Positions 17,446-26,726 of a stretch of 64,000 nucleotides of DNA are shown here, piece after piece (position 1 is the stretch's first letter; the number at the start of each line of letters is the position of its first letter). This DNA comes from an uncultured Enterobacteriaceae bacterium (GTDB taxonomy: Bacteria > Pseudomonadota > Gammaproteobacteria > Burkholderiales > SG8-39): positions 21,066-85,065 of the forward strand of contig CAZRMO010000003.1 of the NCBI GenBank assembly GCA_964601155.1, written 5' to 3'. The position numbers and the translations under genes are program-made. The notes below the pieces were generated by a model. That model was not told the origin of the DNA and searched no databases. It worked only from the letters and a program-made list of their open reading frames with translations.

Positions 17446-18114
17446 TCATGCCGGCTTGCGCACGACGAAAACGAGGAAAGGCCACAGCGGCACGCCGATG
17501 TGTCTGGACGAGACGAGCTTGGCTCCCGCAGCAAGCAGCGCCGGCAGCACTTCGACCGGGCGGCAGGCGAGACTGAGCCAGTGCAGCCGCGACACCACGC
17601 CCTCGACGCCGTCGGCGAGCAGCTTCACCAGCGGTTGCGCCGGAACCGTAGAATGCGCCGCCGCGAGGAGCTTGCCCGGCTTGAGCACGCGGTACAGTTC
17701 GAGCGCACCCTTGGCCGGATCGTACAGCGGGCACAGGCTGTAGGTTGAGAGCACGGCGTCGAAGCTCGCATCCCGATAGGGCAGGGCGAGCATGTCGCCA
17801 ACGGTGAATTCCATGCGTCCGGCCAGCCCCTCGCGCTCGGCCTTGGCGCGCGCTTCGTCGAGCATGGACTCGCTCAGGTCGAATACGGTTACCCTGCCCT
17901 GGGGGCCGACCTTGCGCGCCGCGGGCATGCCGGTCAGGCCGGTGCCGCCGCCGGCGTCGAGCACCTGGTCGCCCTCGGCCACGCCCAGCTCGACCACCAT
18001 GCGCCGCCCGCGCTGGTCGCTGCGCAGCGTGATCAGCGCGTGCTGCAGATCGTAGCGCTTAGCCGCGGCGTCGTAGATGCGGCGTACCGCGCTTGTGCTT
18101 AGTGCATCAGCCAT
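17446..18114 (-). CDS. Class I SAM-dependent methyltransferase (UbiE/COQ5-like)
   Basis: Motif I VLDAGGGTG, post-I FDLSESML, motif II FDAVLSTYSL. ATG 18114 preceded by GGAGGAGG is preferred to 18282. Confidence 0.8.
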   Translation of the reverse strand: MADALSTSAVRRIYDAAAKRYDLQHALITLRSDQRGRRMVVELGVAEGDQVLDAGGGTGLTGMPAARKVGPQGRVTVFDLSESMLDEARAKAEREGLAGRMEFTVGDMLALPYRDASFDAVLSTYSLCPLYDPAKGALELYRVLKPGKLLAAAHSTVPAQPLVKLLADGVEGVVSRLHWLSLACRPVEVLPALLAAGAKLVSSRHIGVPLWPFLVFVVRKPA

Positions 18115-18367
18115 CGGGGCCTCCTCCGGCGAGTGAGCTATTGAGCTCAGTCCGGATTCTTCAGCATCAAGTTCCAGAACGCAAGCCGCGGCGGGAACGA
18201 GGAAACCAGCAGGTATTCGTTCAGGGTGTGCGCGCCGACTGTCGCTTCTTGGCGCACCGCCGATAGCACATCCGTTCCACATAGAGTAATGTCCAGACAG
18301 TACAGGTCGCTAAAACACTAAAGCCCTAGCAACCAAGCCTTAAAACTGTTCGGATTACAATTCACCG

Positions 18368-19030
18368 GTGGCAACCATGGCGAAAATACAGACGGTTCCG
18401 AAGCCGGTCAGGGAACACCTGGACATCGGCGTGTTGTCCCGTGTTGTTCTCGGCCTTGCGATTTTTCTGCCGTGGCTGATCGCTCCTCCTGCGAGCGCAG
18501 GCGTGATCGTTAAATGTCTGTCCCATACAGGGGAAGTAATCTATTCGGACGTTCCATGTGAGAAGCAGGGTGCCTCACCGGACGGCATCATCAATGCTTC
18601 GCCAAACGGATTTGGCGGAACAATGCGCCCGGAAGTCGGAGCCAGTCAGCGGACAGTGCCGCAGCCGCTACAAGCACCAATCGCTCCCAGGGACGGGCGT
18701 CTTTACGTGAATGGCTACATCGGGAGCAAACCGGTTCGATTCCTGGTAGATACCGGCGCAACCGAGGTCTCGATTCCGTACAAGAGGGCAATCGAGCTGG
18801 GCATTCCCGTTTTTGCCGGGCAGCGCGGTGAAGGCACCACCGCGAGCGGTCAGGTGGGGATATATAGGATTCGCCTGGCTTCCATCGCGGTCGGAAACGT
18901 TACCGTGCGCAATGTTGCCGCCAACGTTTCGCTGAACGACAGCGGCTCACAGGACATACTGCTCGGGATGAGCTTTCTGCGGCATGTCACCCTGGTGTTG
19001 CGCAATGGCGCCTTGACGATCAGCCCATGA
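18368..19030 (+). CDS. Retropepsin-like (clan AA) aspartic protease, membrane-anchored
   Basis: FLVDTGAT catalytic motif, ILLGMSFL flap/dimer region, N-terminal TM segment, Cys-framed IYSDVPC segment. Alternative start ATG 18377. Confidence 0.7.
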   Translation: MATMAKIQTVPKPVREHLDIGVLSRVVLGLAIFLPWLIAPPASAGVIVKCLSHTGEVIYSDVPCEKQGASPDGIINASPNGFGGTMRPEVGASQRTVPQPLQAPIAPRDGRLYVNGYIGSKPVRFLVDTGATEVSIPYKRAIELGIPVFAGQRGEGTTASGQVGIYRIRLASIAVGNVTVRNVAANVSLNDSGSQDILLGMSFLRHVTLVLRNGALTISP

Positions 19031-19322
19031 TTTTGGCAACGATCCGCGGCCAGCCCGCTCAAAACCCGCTATTTCCCGGCTGAACCGGGCGCTTTGCGAT
19101 CGGGGATCGCACGTTGCCTGGAAACGTTCTGCCTGCCCCACCGGCTAATTTTCCCCTAATTCTGGATCGTTATCCTCACCACTACGCGAACATCGGCGTG
19201 GGCTGAATGGCGGCGCGCGTTCGGTGTCGAACTGTCCTTGCCCGGCTATCAGGTCAGACATGGCGGTTCGATACGCAAAGACTGGGTGAGATAATGTGTG
19301 ATTCAAAATTGCGGGAAAAACG

Positions 19323-20003
19323 ATGCGTATCCTGCTCGTCGAAGACGACCCGATGATCGGCGACGCGGTCTGCGTCGCCCTCAAAGATGCCGCTTATGCG
19401 GTGGACTGGGTGAAAGACGGCGCCGCTGCCGCCAGCGTGCTCGAACACGGCGAGCACCAGGCCGTGCTGCTCGATCTGGGACTGCCCAAGCGCGACGGGC
19501 TGGAAGTGCTGCGTCGCCTGCGCCAGGCGGGCAACACTGTGCCGGTCATCGTCATCACCGCCCGCGACGGCGTCGACGACCGCATCAAGGGACTCGATTT
19601 CGGCGCGGACGACTATCTGGTGAAGCCCTTCGACGTCAACGAATTGCTCGCCCGGCTGCGGGCCATCATGCGCCGCCAGGGCGGGCAGGCTGCGCCGGTG
19701 CTCACCAACGGCAGGGTGAGCCTCGACCCGGCGACGCGCGAGGCGCGCTGCGGCGATGCCGTGGAGCTTTTGAGCGCGCGCGAGTTCGCCCTGTTGCATG
19801 CGCTGCTGCTGCGTCCCGGCGCGATACTCACGCGTGCCGAACTGGAGGAGCGCATCTACGGCTGGAACGAAGAGGTTGAAAGCAATGCGGTGGACTTCCT
19901 CATCCACGGCGTGCGCAGAAAGCTCGGAGCCGATGTCATCAAAAATGTGCGCGGGGCAGGCTGGATGGTAAGCAAGGATGGCGAGGCAGGGCGCACCGAA
20001 TGA
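19323..20003 (+). CDS. OmpR/PhoB-family response regulator (QseB/BasR-like)
   Basis: Receiver MRILLVEDD...LLDLGLP(K)...DDYLVKPF and a winged-helix C-terminus. Stop overlaps the next start (ATGA). Confidence 0.9.
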   Translation: MRILLVEDDPMIGDAVCVALKDAAYAVDWVKDGAAAASVLEHGEHQAVLLDLGLPKRDGLEVLRRLRQAGNTVPVIVITARDGVDDRIKGLDFGADDYLVKPFDVNELLARLRAIMRRQGGQAAPVLTNGRVSLDPATREARCGDAVELLSAREFALLHALLLRPGAILTRAELEERIYGWNEEVESNAVDFLIHGVRRKLGADVIKNVRGAGWMVSKDGEAGRTE

Positions 20004-21358
20004 GGCTTTGGCGGCTTGCAGCTATTTCGATCGTCCTGAGTCTTGCCGCTTGCGCCAGTTACGCGCCAAAACCCCTGCCCGAACAGGTGAATCTGCCGCG
20101 GTCCGCGTCGGCCATCGCGGTCGATCCGGCGCGCCTGCCTTTTCGCAGCCTGTCCACTCATGTGTTCGATCCCGCGGACGGTCTGGACATGGACGAAGTG
20201 GCCATGCTGGCGGTGGCGAACAACCCGCAATTGCGCCAGGCGCGCGATGCTTTGGGCATCGCACGCGCCCAGTCCTTCGCCGCCGGCCTGCTGCCCGATC
20301 CGCAACTGGGCATCAGCTCAGACCACCCTACGAACGGCACTGCAGGCAATACCAACGCATTCAATCTCAATCCGAGTTACGACATCAATGCCCTGCTGCT
20401 GCGCTCATCGCGCAAGAATGCGGCAATGGCGCAGGAACAACAGGTGAATCTGGAACTGTTGTGGCAGGAATGGCAGGTGGTGAGCCAGGCGCGGCTGCTG
20501 TTCTCCCGCTTGACCGCGCAAGACAGCTTGATGAGGAAATTGCAGGCAGCCCGCACACTGTTGGCGGAGCGCTACCGGCGCAGCCAGCAGGCACTCGCGG
20601 CGGGCAACGTCACGCTCAATGTCGCCAGCGCCGACCTGGTGGCTTTGCAGGGCATCGAGCGCCGTATCAACGAGCTGGAACGCAGGCGCCTGACGAACCG
20701 CGCGAGCCTCAATCGCGTCCTTGGGCTGGCCGCCGACGCTCGGCTGCGGCTGGTGGGCGAACCCAAGGCGGCGGCCATCGATGCCGCCGCGGTGCGCGCC
20801 GGTCTGGAGCGGCGCCTCGCGCAGCGCCCGGATTTGCAGGCTCTGCAAGCAGGGTATAGATCCCAGGAAGAAAAGTTTCGCGGCGCGGTGCTGGCGCAGT
20901 TCCCGGCCTTGAATATCGGCCTCAGCCGCGCGCGCGATACCAGCGGGATTTACACGGTGGGTTTCGGTTTGACGCTGAGCCTGCCGATTTTCAACCGCAA
21001 CCGGGGCAACATCGCCATCGAGGACGCCACGCGCAAGAAACTGTACGACGAATACCAGAACCGGCTGAACGCCGCTTACGGCGAGGTCGCCATCGCGCTG
21101 GAAAACCTCCCTTTATTGCACAGCCAGTTGCGGCGTACCCGCAATGGCGTGCTTGAACTCGAAACCGTCGCAAAGCGCGCCGAAGCCGCGCTGCGGGCCG
21201 GCAACCTCGCCGCGCCCGATTATGTGCGGCTGCAAACCGCATTGCTGGACAAGCAAATCGAAGCGATAAACCTGCAAGAGGCCTTGATGGAACAAGAAAT
21301 CGCGCTGCAAACCCTGCTGGGTCCGGATCTGCCCGTGCGGAACAGGAGTTCGCAATGA
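20000..21358 (+). CDS. Efflux outer-membrane factor lipoprotein (TolC/NodT family)
   Basis: Lipobox LSLAAC. Two-repeat coiled alpha/beta OMF pattern. ATGA overlap with both flanking genes. Confidence 0.85.
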   Translation: MRLWRLAAISIVLSLAACASYAPKPLPEQVNLPRSASAIAVDPARLPFRSLSTHVFDPADGLDMDEVAMLAVANNPQLRQARDALGIARAQSFAAGLLPDPQLGISSDHPTNGTAGNTNAFNLNPSYDINALLLRSSRKNAAMAQEQQVNLELLWQEWQVVSQARLLFSRLTAQDSLMRKLQAARTLLAERYRRSQQALAAGNVTLNVASADLVALQGIERRINELERRRLTNRASLNRVLGLAADARLRLVGEPKAAAIDAAAVRAGLERRLAQRPDLQALQAGYRSQEEKFRGAVLAQFPALNIGLSRARDTSGIYTVGFGLTLSLPIFNRNRGNIAIEDATRKKLYDEYQNRLNAAYGEVAIALENLPLLHSQLRRTRNGVLELETVAKRAEAALRAGNLAAPDYVRLQTALLDKQIEAINLQEALMEQEIALQTLLGPDLPVRNRSSQ

Positions 21359-22377
21359 ACAAGCGTTGCCGGATGGTTTTCCTGAGCTTATTGCTGGCGT
21401 CGAGCCCACTCGCGCTTGCGGATGCGCCCAGCGTGCAGGTGCGAACGGTGATGTTGAAGCGCCAGCCCATGGCGGACACGGTCTCCGGCTATGGCGTGGT
21501 GTCGCCGGATACGCGCGCGCTGCAAATCGTCAGCCTGCCGCGCCCGGGCCGGATCGCGCGGCTGCTGGTGAGCGCCGGGCAGGTGGTCAAGAAGGGCGTG
21601 CCGCTGCTCGAGTTCGCAACCGGAGCCGGTGCCGCGCTGGCTTACCGGCAGGCGCGCCATGCCGTCGACTTTGCCCGCAGCGAGGTGGCGCGCATCGGGC
21701 AACTGGCCAAACAGCAGCTTGCCACGCAGTCGCAACTGGCGGCGGCGAAAAAGGCCTTGGCGGACGCCGAAGCCTCTTTGCGCGCGCAGGAGTCGATCGG
21801 TTCGGGGGAAGGAACGGAGAAGGTGAGGGCGCCTTTCGACGGCGTGGTGGTCGCGCTGCAGGCAGCCCAGGGCGACCGCCTCGCCGCGGGCGCGCCTGTG
21901 CTGCAACTGGCGCGTTCGGGCGGGCAGCGCGTGCTGATGGGGGTGGAGCCTGCCGATGTGGCGCAGGTGCGCCCGGGCATGGCGGTCAGCGTGGCTCCGG
22001 TATTCGATCCGGAATACAAGGTGGCGGGGCGCGTGGCGCAGGTATTCGGCATGATCAACCCGCAGACCGAATTCGTCGACGTGCTGGTGGCGGTGTCCGG
22101 CAGCGGGCTCATGCCCGGCACCAAGGTGCATGCCGAGATACAACTCAGCCGGAAGCCGGAGTGGGTCGTACCGCGCTCTGCGGTGCTGCGGGACGCTAAA
22201 GGCGCATATATTTTTCAGGTGCGCGCGGACAAGGCGCACCGGGTCGGCGTTCAAACCGGGCTCGAGCGCGACGGACTGATCGCCGTGCGCGGTGCATTTG
22301 CCGCGAGCGAGCCGGTAGTGAGTCTGGGCAACTATGAACTGCGCGACGGCATGGCCGTGCGCGAGAGCGGGCGATGA
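21355..22377 (+). CDS. Efflux RND periplasmic adaptor (membrane fusion protein)
   Basis: 340 aa. Signal sequence, lipoyl/alpha-hairpin/beta-barrel MFP pattern, translationally coupled on both sides. Confidence 0.85.
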   Translation: MNKRCRMVFLSLLLASSPLALADAPSVQVRTVMLKRQPMADTVSGYGVVSPDTRALQIVSLPRPGRIARLLVSAGQVVKKGVPLLEFATGAGAALAYRQARHAVDFARSEVARIGQLAKQQLATQSQLAAAKKALADAEASLRAQESIGSGEGTEKVRAPFDGVVVALQAAQGDRLAAGAPVLQLARSGGQRVLMGVEPADVAQVRPGMAVSVAPVFDPEYKVAGRVAQVFGMINPQTEFVDVLVAVSGSGLMPGTKVHAEIQLSRKPEWVVPRSAVLRDAKGAYIFQVRADKAHRVGVQTGLERDGLIAVRGAFAASEPVVSLGNYELRDGMAVRESGR

Positions 22378-25300
22378 ACGTCACGCAGTGGATGCAGGAG
22401 CATCGCCGCTCGATCCTGTTCCTGCTGGCCTTGCTGGCGCTGGCGGGCGCGCTGGCGGCGTTCAAACTGCCGGTCACCCTGTTTCCCAATGTGGATTTTC
22501 CGCGCGTCGTGGTGTCGCTGAACGCGGGCGACCGCCCCGCCGACCTGATGATGCTGTCGGTTACGCAGCCGGTGGAGGTAGCGGTGCGCCGGGTGCCGGG
22601 AGTACGCGACGTGCGCTCCACCACCAGCCGCGGGTCGGCGGATGTGTCGGTGAGTTTCGACTGGGGCACCAACATGGGCCTGGCAACCTCGCAGGTCAAT
22701 GAGGCGATCGCGCAGATCCTGCCAAATCTGCCGCCTGGCACCCAAACGGTAACCAAGCGCATGGATCCGACGGTGTTCCCGATTCTGGCCTACAGCCTGA
22801 CTTCCGCTACCCAGTCGCAGACCGCGCTCTACGATCTGGCGCAGTATCAACTGCGCCCCTTGCTTTCCAGTGTCAACGGCGTGGCGCGCGTCCAGGTGAT
22901 CGGCGGCGCGCGCGAGGAATACCAGGTCACCGCGGATCCGGCGCGCCTCATGGCTTACGGGCTGACGCTCGGCGACGTGGCGCAGGCCTTGAGCGCCGCC
23001 AACGTGGTCACCGCCGTGGGACGGCTGGAGGACCATTACAAGCTGTATCTGGAAATAGCCGATACCCGGCTGAGGAACATCCGGCAAATCGGCGACACCA
23101 TCATCAAAAGCGGCAGCAACGGCATCGTGCGGCTGGACGATGTGGCGGTAGTGAGCGACGGCGTGGTGCCGCAATGGATCAAGGTCAATGCGGATGGCCG
23201 CCCGGCTGTCCTGCTCGATATCTACCAGCAGCCCGGCAGTAACAGCGTGCGGATCGCGCGCGACGTGCACGCGAAACTCGCAGACTACCGTTCGCAATTG
23301 CCTCCCGGGGTCAAGCTTGCGAACTGGTACGACCAAAGCGTGCTGGTGGTGAATTCTGCTGCGAGCGTGCGCGACGCCATTCTCATCGGCATCGGGCTGG
23401 CGGTGCTGGTGCTGTTCGCCTTCCTGCGCAATCTCAAGATCACCCTGATCGCGGCAATAGTGGTGCCGACTGTGCTGGCGGCGACCGTGGTGTTGCTCTA
23501 CGCGCTGGGCATGAGTTTCAACATCATGACTCTGGGCGGCATGGCGGCCGCGGTGGGTCTGATCATCGACGATGCCATTGTCATGATCGAGCATATCGTG
23601 CGCCGCCTGCGCGGCGCTCCCGCCGAGCACCATGGCCGGGTGATGGCGGCGGCGATGGAATTCATGCGCCCGCTGGCAGGTTCGTCGGCATCGACCATCG
23701 TCATCTTCCTGCCCTTGGCCTTTCTCACCGGCGTGACCGGCGCATTTTTCAAGGCGCTGTCGCTGACCATGGCGGCGGGGCTGATCATCTCCTTCTTCGT
23801 CACCGCACTGGCGGTGCCGCTGCTGGCGGATCATTTTCTCAATGAGAAGGACGCCAACCAGAAAGAAGGCGGACGCATGACTGCCTGGATGCACCGCCGC
23901 TACGAAGCGGTGATGCAGCGGGTGCTGGCGCGGCCGATCCTGGTTCTTGTGATCATCCTGCCCCTGCTCGCCGCGGGCTTTCTCGCGTTTACCCATGTTG
24001 GCTCGGGTTTCATGCCGGTCATGGACGAGGGCGGATTCATCCTCGATTACCGCTCCCCGCCGGGGACCTCGCTCACCGAGACCAACCGGCTGCTGCTGCA
24101 GGTGGAGGCGATCATCAAGGCGAACCCGTACGTGGATACCTATTCGCGCCGGACCGGCACGCAATTGGGCGGCGGCGTCACCGAAGCCGACGAGGGCGAT
24201 TTTTTCGTGCGCCTGAAAGCGGGTCCGCGGCCGCCGATCGAGAAGGTGATGGACAATATCCGCACCCAGGTCGAGCAGAAGGTGCCCGGACTCAACATCG
24301 AGCTGGCGCAGTTGATGGAGGATCTGATCGGCGACTTGACCTCGGTACCGCAACCGATCGAGATCAAGCTGTTCTCCGATAATCCGCAGAAGCTGCAGAC
24401 TGCCGCGCACAAGGTTGTTGCGGCGATCGACAAAGTTCCCGGGGTAGTGGACACCAACAATGGCATTCGCCCCGCCGGCGATGCGCTCGACATCCGCGTG
24501 GATCGGGTAAAGGCCGCGCTGGAAGGGATGAACCCCGACAGCATCACGCAGATACTGCGCGGCTATCTGTCCGGGATCGTCACCACGCAGATTCAGAAGG
24601 GACCGAAATTGGTCGGCGTGCGCGTGTGGACGCCGCAGGACCAACGCGCCATAGTGCCGGATATCGGGAAATTGTTGATCCGCGCGCCCGATGGGCACGT
24701 GTTTCCGCTGAGGCGGGTGGCGCAGCTCGTGCCGGTCAGCGGCCAGCCGCAGATCGACCGGGAGAACCTGAAGCGCATGGTGGCCGTGACCGGCCGCATC
24801 AGCGGACGCTCGCTGGGGCCGGTGATCGCCGATATCCAGAAAGTGATGGCGACGCCGAACCTGCTGCCCAAGGGCATGTACTACGAACTCGGCGGCCTGT
24901 ACAAACAGCAGCAAATCGCCTTCAAAGGCTTGATGGCGGTATTCGCCGCGGCCGTCGGGCTGGTGTTTCTGCTGCTGCTGTTCCTGTACGAGAGCTTCCG
25001 CATGGCATTGGCGATCATGGCGATACCGCTGCTGGCGGTGTCGGCGGTATTCATCGGCCTGTGGCTGGCCGGCATCGAGCTCAACATCTCGGCGATGATG
25101 GGCATGACCATGATCATCGGCATCGTCACCGAGGTCGCCATTTTCTATTTTTCCGAGTACCGCGATCTGTTTCGCGAAATGCCGTTTCAACAGGCGCTGA
25201 TCGACGCCGGCAAGAACCGCATGCGTCCGATCGCCATGACCACGTTTGCAGCTATCCTCACACTGCTGCCGCTGGCCTTCGCGATCGGCCAGGGCTCCGC

Positions 25301-25427
25301 CATGCAGCAACCGCTGGCGGTGGCCATCATCTCCGGACTGGCCGTGCAGTTGCCGCTGGTGCTGCTGGTGATGCCGGTATTGTTCAGCCTGCTCGAACGC
25401 AGGCCCGAGGGGAGCGGGAACGCTTGA
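22374..25427 (+). CDS. RND efflux permease (AcrB/HAE-like)
   Basis: 1017 aa with 12-TM/2-loop architecture. TM4 GLIIDDAIVMIEH resembles the AcrB VDDAIVVVEN proton relay rather than the CzcA-type DFG...D...E. Confidence 0.9.
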   Translation: MNVTQWMQEHRRSILFLLALLALAGALAAFKLPVTLFPNVDFPRVVVSLNAGDRPADLMMLSVTQPVEVAVRRVPGVRDVRSTTSRGSADVSVSFDWGTNMGLATSQVNEAIAQILPNLPPGTQTVTKRMDPTVFPILAYSLTSATQSQTALYDLAQYQLRPLLSSVNGVARVQVIGGAREEYQVTADPARLMAYGLTLGDVAQALSAANVVTAVGRLEDHYKLYLEIADTRLRNIRQIGDTIIKSGSNGIVRLDDVAVVSDGVVPQWIKVNADGRPAVLLDIYQQPGSNSVRIARDVHAKLADYRSQLPPGVKLANWYDQSVLVVNSAASVRDAILIGIGLAVLVLFAFLRNLKITLIAAIVVPTVLAATVVLLYALGMSFNIMTLGGMAAAVGLIIDDAIVMIEHIVRRLRGAPAEHHGRVMAAAMEFMRPLAGSSASTIVIFLPLAFLTGVTGAFFKALSLTMAAGLIISFFVTALAVPLLADHFLNEKDANQKEGGRMTAWMHRRYEAVMQRVLARPILVLVIILPLLAAGFLAFTHVGSGFMPVMDEGGFILDYRSPPGTSLTETNRLLLQVEAIIKANPYVDTYSRRTGTQLGGGVTEADEGDFFVRLKAGPRPPIEKVMDNIRTQVEQKVPGLNIELAQLMEDLIGDLTSVPQPIEIKLFSDNPQKLQTAAHKVVAAIDKVPGVVDTNNGIRPAGDALDIRVDRVKAALEGMNPDSITQILRGYLSGIVTTQIQKGPKLVGVRVWTPQDQRAIVPDIGKLLIRAPDGHVFPLRRVAQLVPVSGQPQIDRENLKRMVAVTGRISGRSLGPVIADIQKVMATPNLLPKGMYYELGGLYKQQQIAFKGLMAVFAAAVGLVFLLLLFLYESFRMALAIMAIPLLAVSAVFIGLWLAGIELNISAMMGMTMIIGIVTEVAIFYFSEYRDLFREMPFQQALIDAGKNRMRPIAMTTFAAILTLLPLAFAIGQGSAMQQPLAVAIISGLAVQLPLVLLVMPVLFSLLERRPEGSGNA

Positions 25428-25551
25428 GCGAAATTGCGATGCCCCATTGCGGTCGCGCTAAGCATAGGCTAACGGTGGAGACGTAGAGTGACCGTCACGG
25501 CGGACGCAATTGCGTCCGGCGGCATTCGATCAACTCTACAGGAGCATCATC

Positions 25552-25887
25552 ATGAGAATCACACAATCTGTTCGTTTCGGCATCATCGGACTGGCCGTCC
25601 TCGGCGCTTCCCTCGCTTTCGCCGGCGTGAGCAGCGCCAATGAAGGGCACAAGAGCGACCCCGCCCTGATGTCTCAGGCCAAGATCAACATGGAACACGC
25701 CCGGGTAATCGCACTCAAAGCCCATCCAGGCAAGATTACCGACGAGGAGCTGGAGCAGGAAAAAGGCGGCAGCGGTCTGCGCTACTCCTTCGATGTCCAA
25801 AAGGGTAAGGTCACGCAGGAAGTCGGCGTGGACGCGAAGACCGGCAAGGTGCTGGAAAACGCCCCGGAAGGACCCAACGCGGATTAA
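25552..25887 (+). CDS. PepSY-domain secreted protein
   Basis: Signal peptide (LGASLAFAGVSSA). ARVIALKAHPGKITDEELEQEKGG..YSFDV......EVGVDAKTGKVLE is the PepSY pattern. AGGAG upstream of ATG 25552. Confidence 0.75.
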   Translation: MRITQSVRFGIIGLAVLGASLAFAGVSSANEGHKSDPALMSQAKINMEHARVIALKAHPGKITDEELEQEKGGSGLRYSFDVQKGKVTQEVGVDAKTGKVLENAPEGPNAD

Positions 25888-26071
25888 GCGCCGATCCTAT
25901 TTGGCGAATGCACAATAGCAGATGGAAGGCGCCCGTTTATCGACCGTTTTTTTAAACCTGCCGGTGCTGCCGATTCTGGCATTGCGCTTCGCGCGCTTTG
26001 ACAGGCGGACGGATAATGCGACGTGATGATATCCGGCGCCAATCAGCGGCACTGTTCCAGCGCGGCAGGCA

Positions 26072-26686
26072 ATGAATAGCCTGCTCGCCTCGGTCCATCC
26101 CTACATCGCCCAATACGGGTACGGCGCGCTGTTCGGCGTGCTGTTCGCGGAATCGTTTGGATTGCCGTTGCCGGGCGAGACCTTCCTCGTCGCCGCGTCC
26201 TTCCTCGCCGCGCAGGGCCAGCTCGACATCTGGCTCGTGGGGCTGACGGCATGGACAGCGGCGGTACTCGGCGACAATGTTGGTTACGCCATTGGCTTTT
26301 TCGGCGGCCGCAGGCTGGTGGTGCGCCATGGCGCGCGCGTGGGTATCAGCGCCGAGCGGCTGAAACGGGCGGAAAATTTCTTTGCGCATTACGGCCCGGA
26401 AGTCGTCATCGTCGCGCGCTTTTTCCCGGTGCTGCGGCAGCTCAACGGAATCGTTGCGGGCAGTGCCGGAATGGACTGGAGGCGCTTTGCGTTCTACAAC
26501 GCGCTGGGTGGGCTCCTTTGGGTTGGCGCATGGAGTGCGGGCGTCTACTATTTCGGCCAGCGGATTTCAGTATGGCTGCTGCGGCTTCGCACGGTAGAAC
26601 TTTGGCTGGCCGGCGCGCTGGCGCTGGCCCTGCTGGCCGGCGGCGCTTACTGGGGAATTTCGAAACGGTCGCGCAGCCGACGCTGA
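26072..26686 (+). CDS. DedA family membrane protein
   Basis: YGYGALFGVLFAESFGLPLPGE N-terminal signature and G..RFFPVLR motif. Confidence 0.88.
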   Translation: MNSLLASVHPYIAQYGYGALFGVLFAESFGLPLPGETFLVAASFLAAQGQLDIWLVGLTAWTAAVLGDNVGYAIGFFGGRRLVVRHGARVGISAERLKRAENFFAHYGPEVVIVARFFPVLRQLNGIVAGSAGMDWRRFAFYNALGGLLWVGAWSAGVYYFGQRISVWLLRLRTVELWLAGALALALLAGGAYWGISKRSRSRR

Positions 26687-26726
26687 GGCCGGACAAGCGC
26701 AAGACCATAGAAGGAGCGAGCAATCC

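Noticed and set aside
22332-25310. 992-aa minus-strand ORF opposite the RND permease. The same class includes 8872-10644 (-), 33948-35786 (-), 36008-37921 (-), 40624-42579 (-), 52074-53603 (-), 54258-55178 (-), 57793-59511 (-), 47576-49087 (-), 5770-7221 (+) and 38636-39901 (+)
   Set aside because: All are antisense shadows of genes with strong family motifs on the other strand. Their translations are Arg/Gly/His/Pro-rich and motif-free. Stop-codon scarcity in GC-rich DNA explains their length.
22374-25427. Assigning the RND pump to the heavy-metal (CzcA/CusA) class because a metallophore operon and a CzcC-like OMF lie nearby
   Set aside because: TM4 reads GLIIDDAIVMIEH (AcrB-type DD pair) and lacks the upstream Asp of the CzcA DFG...D...E relay. 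No CusF/CzcI-type genes are adjacent.
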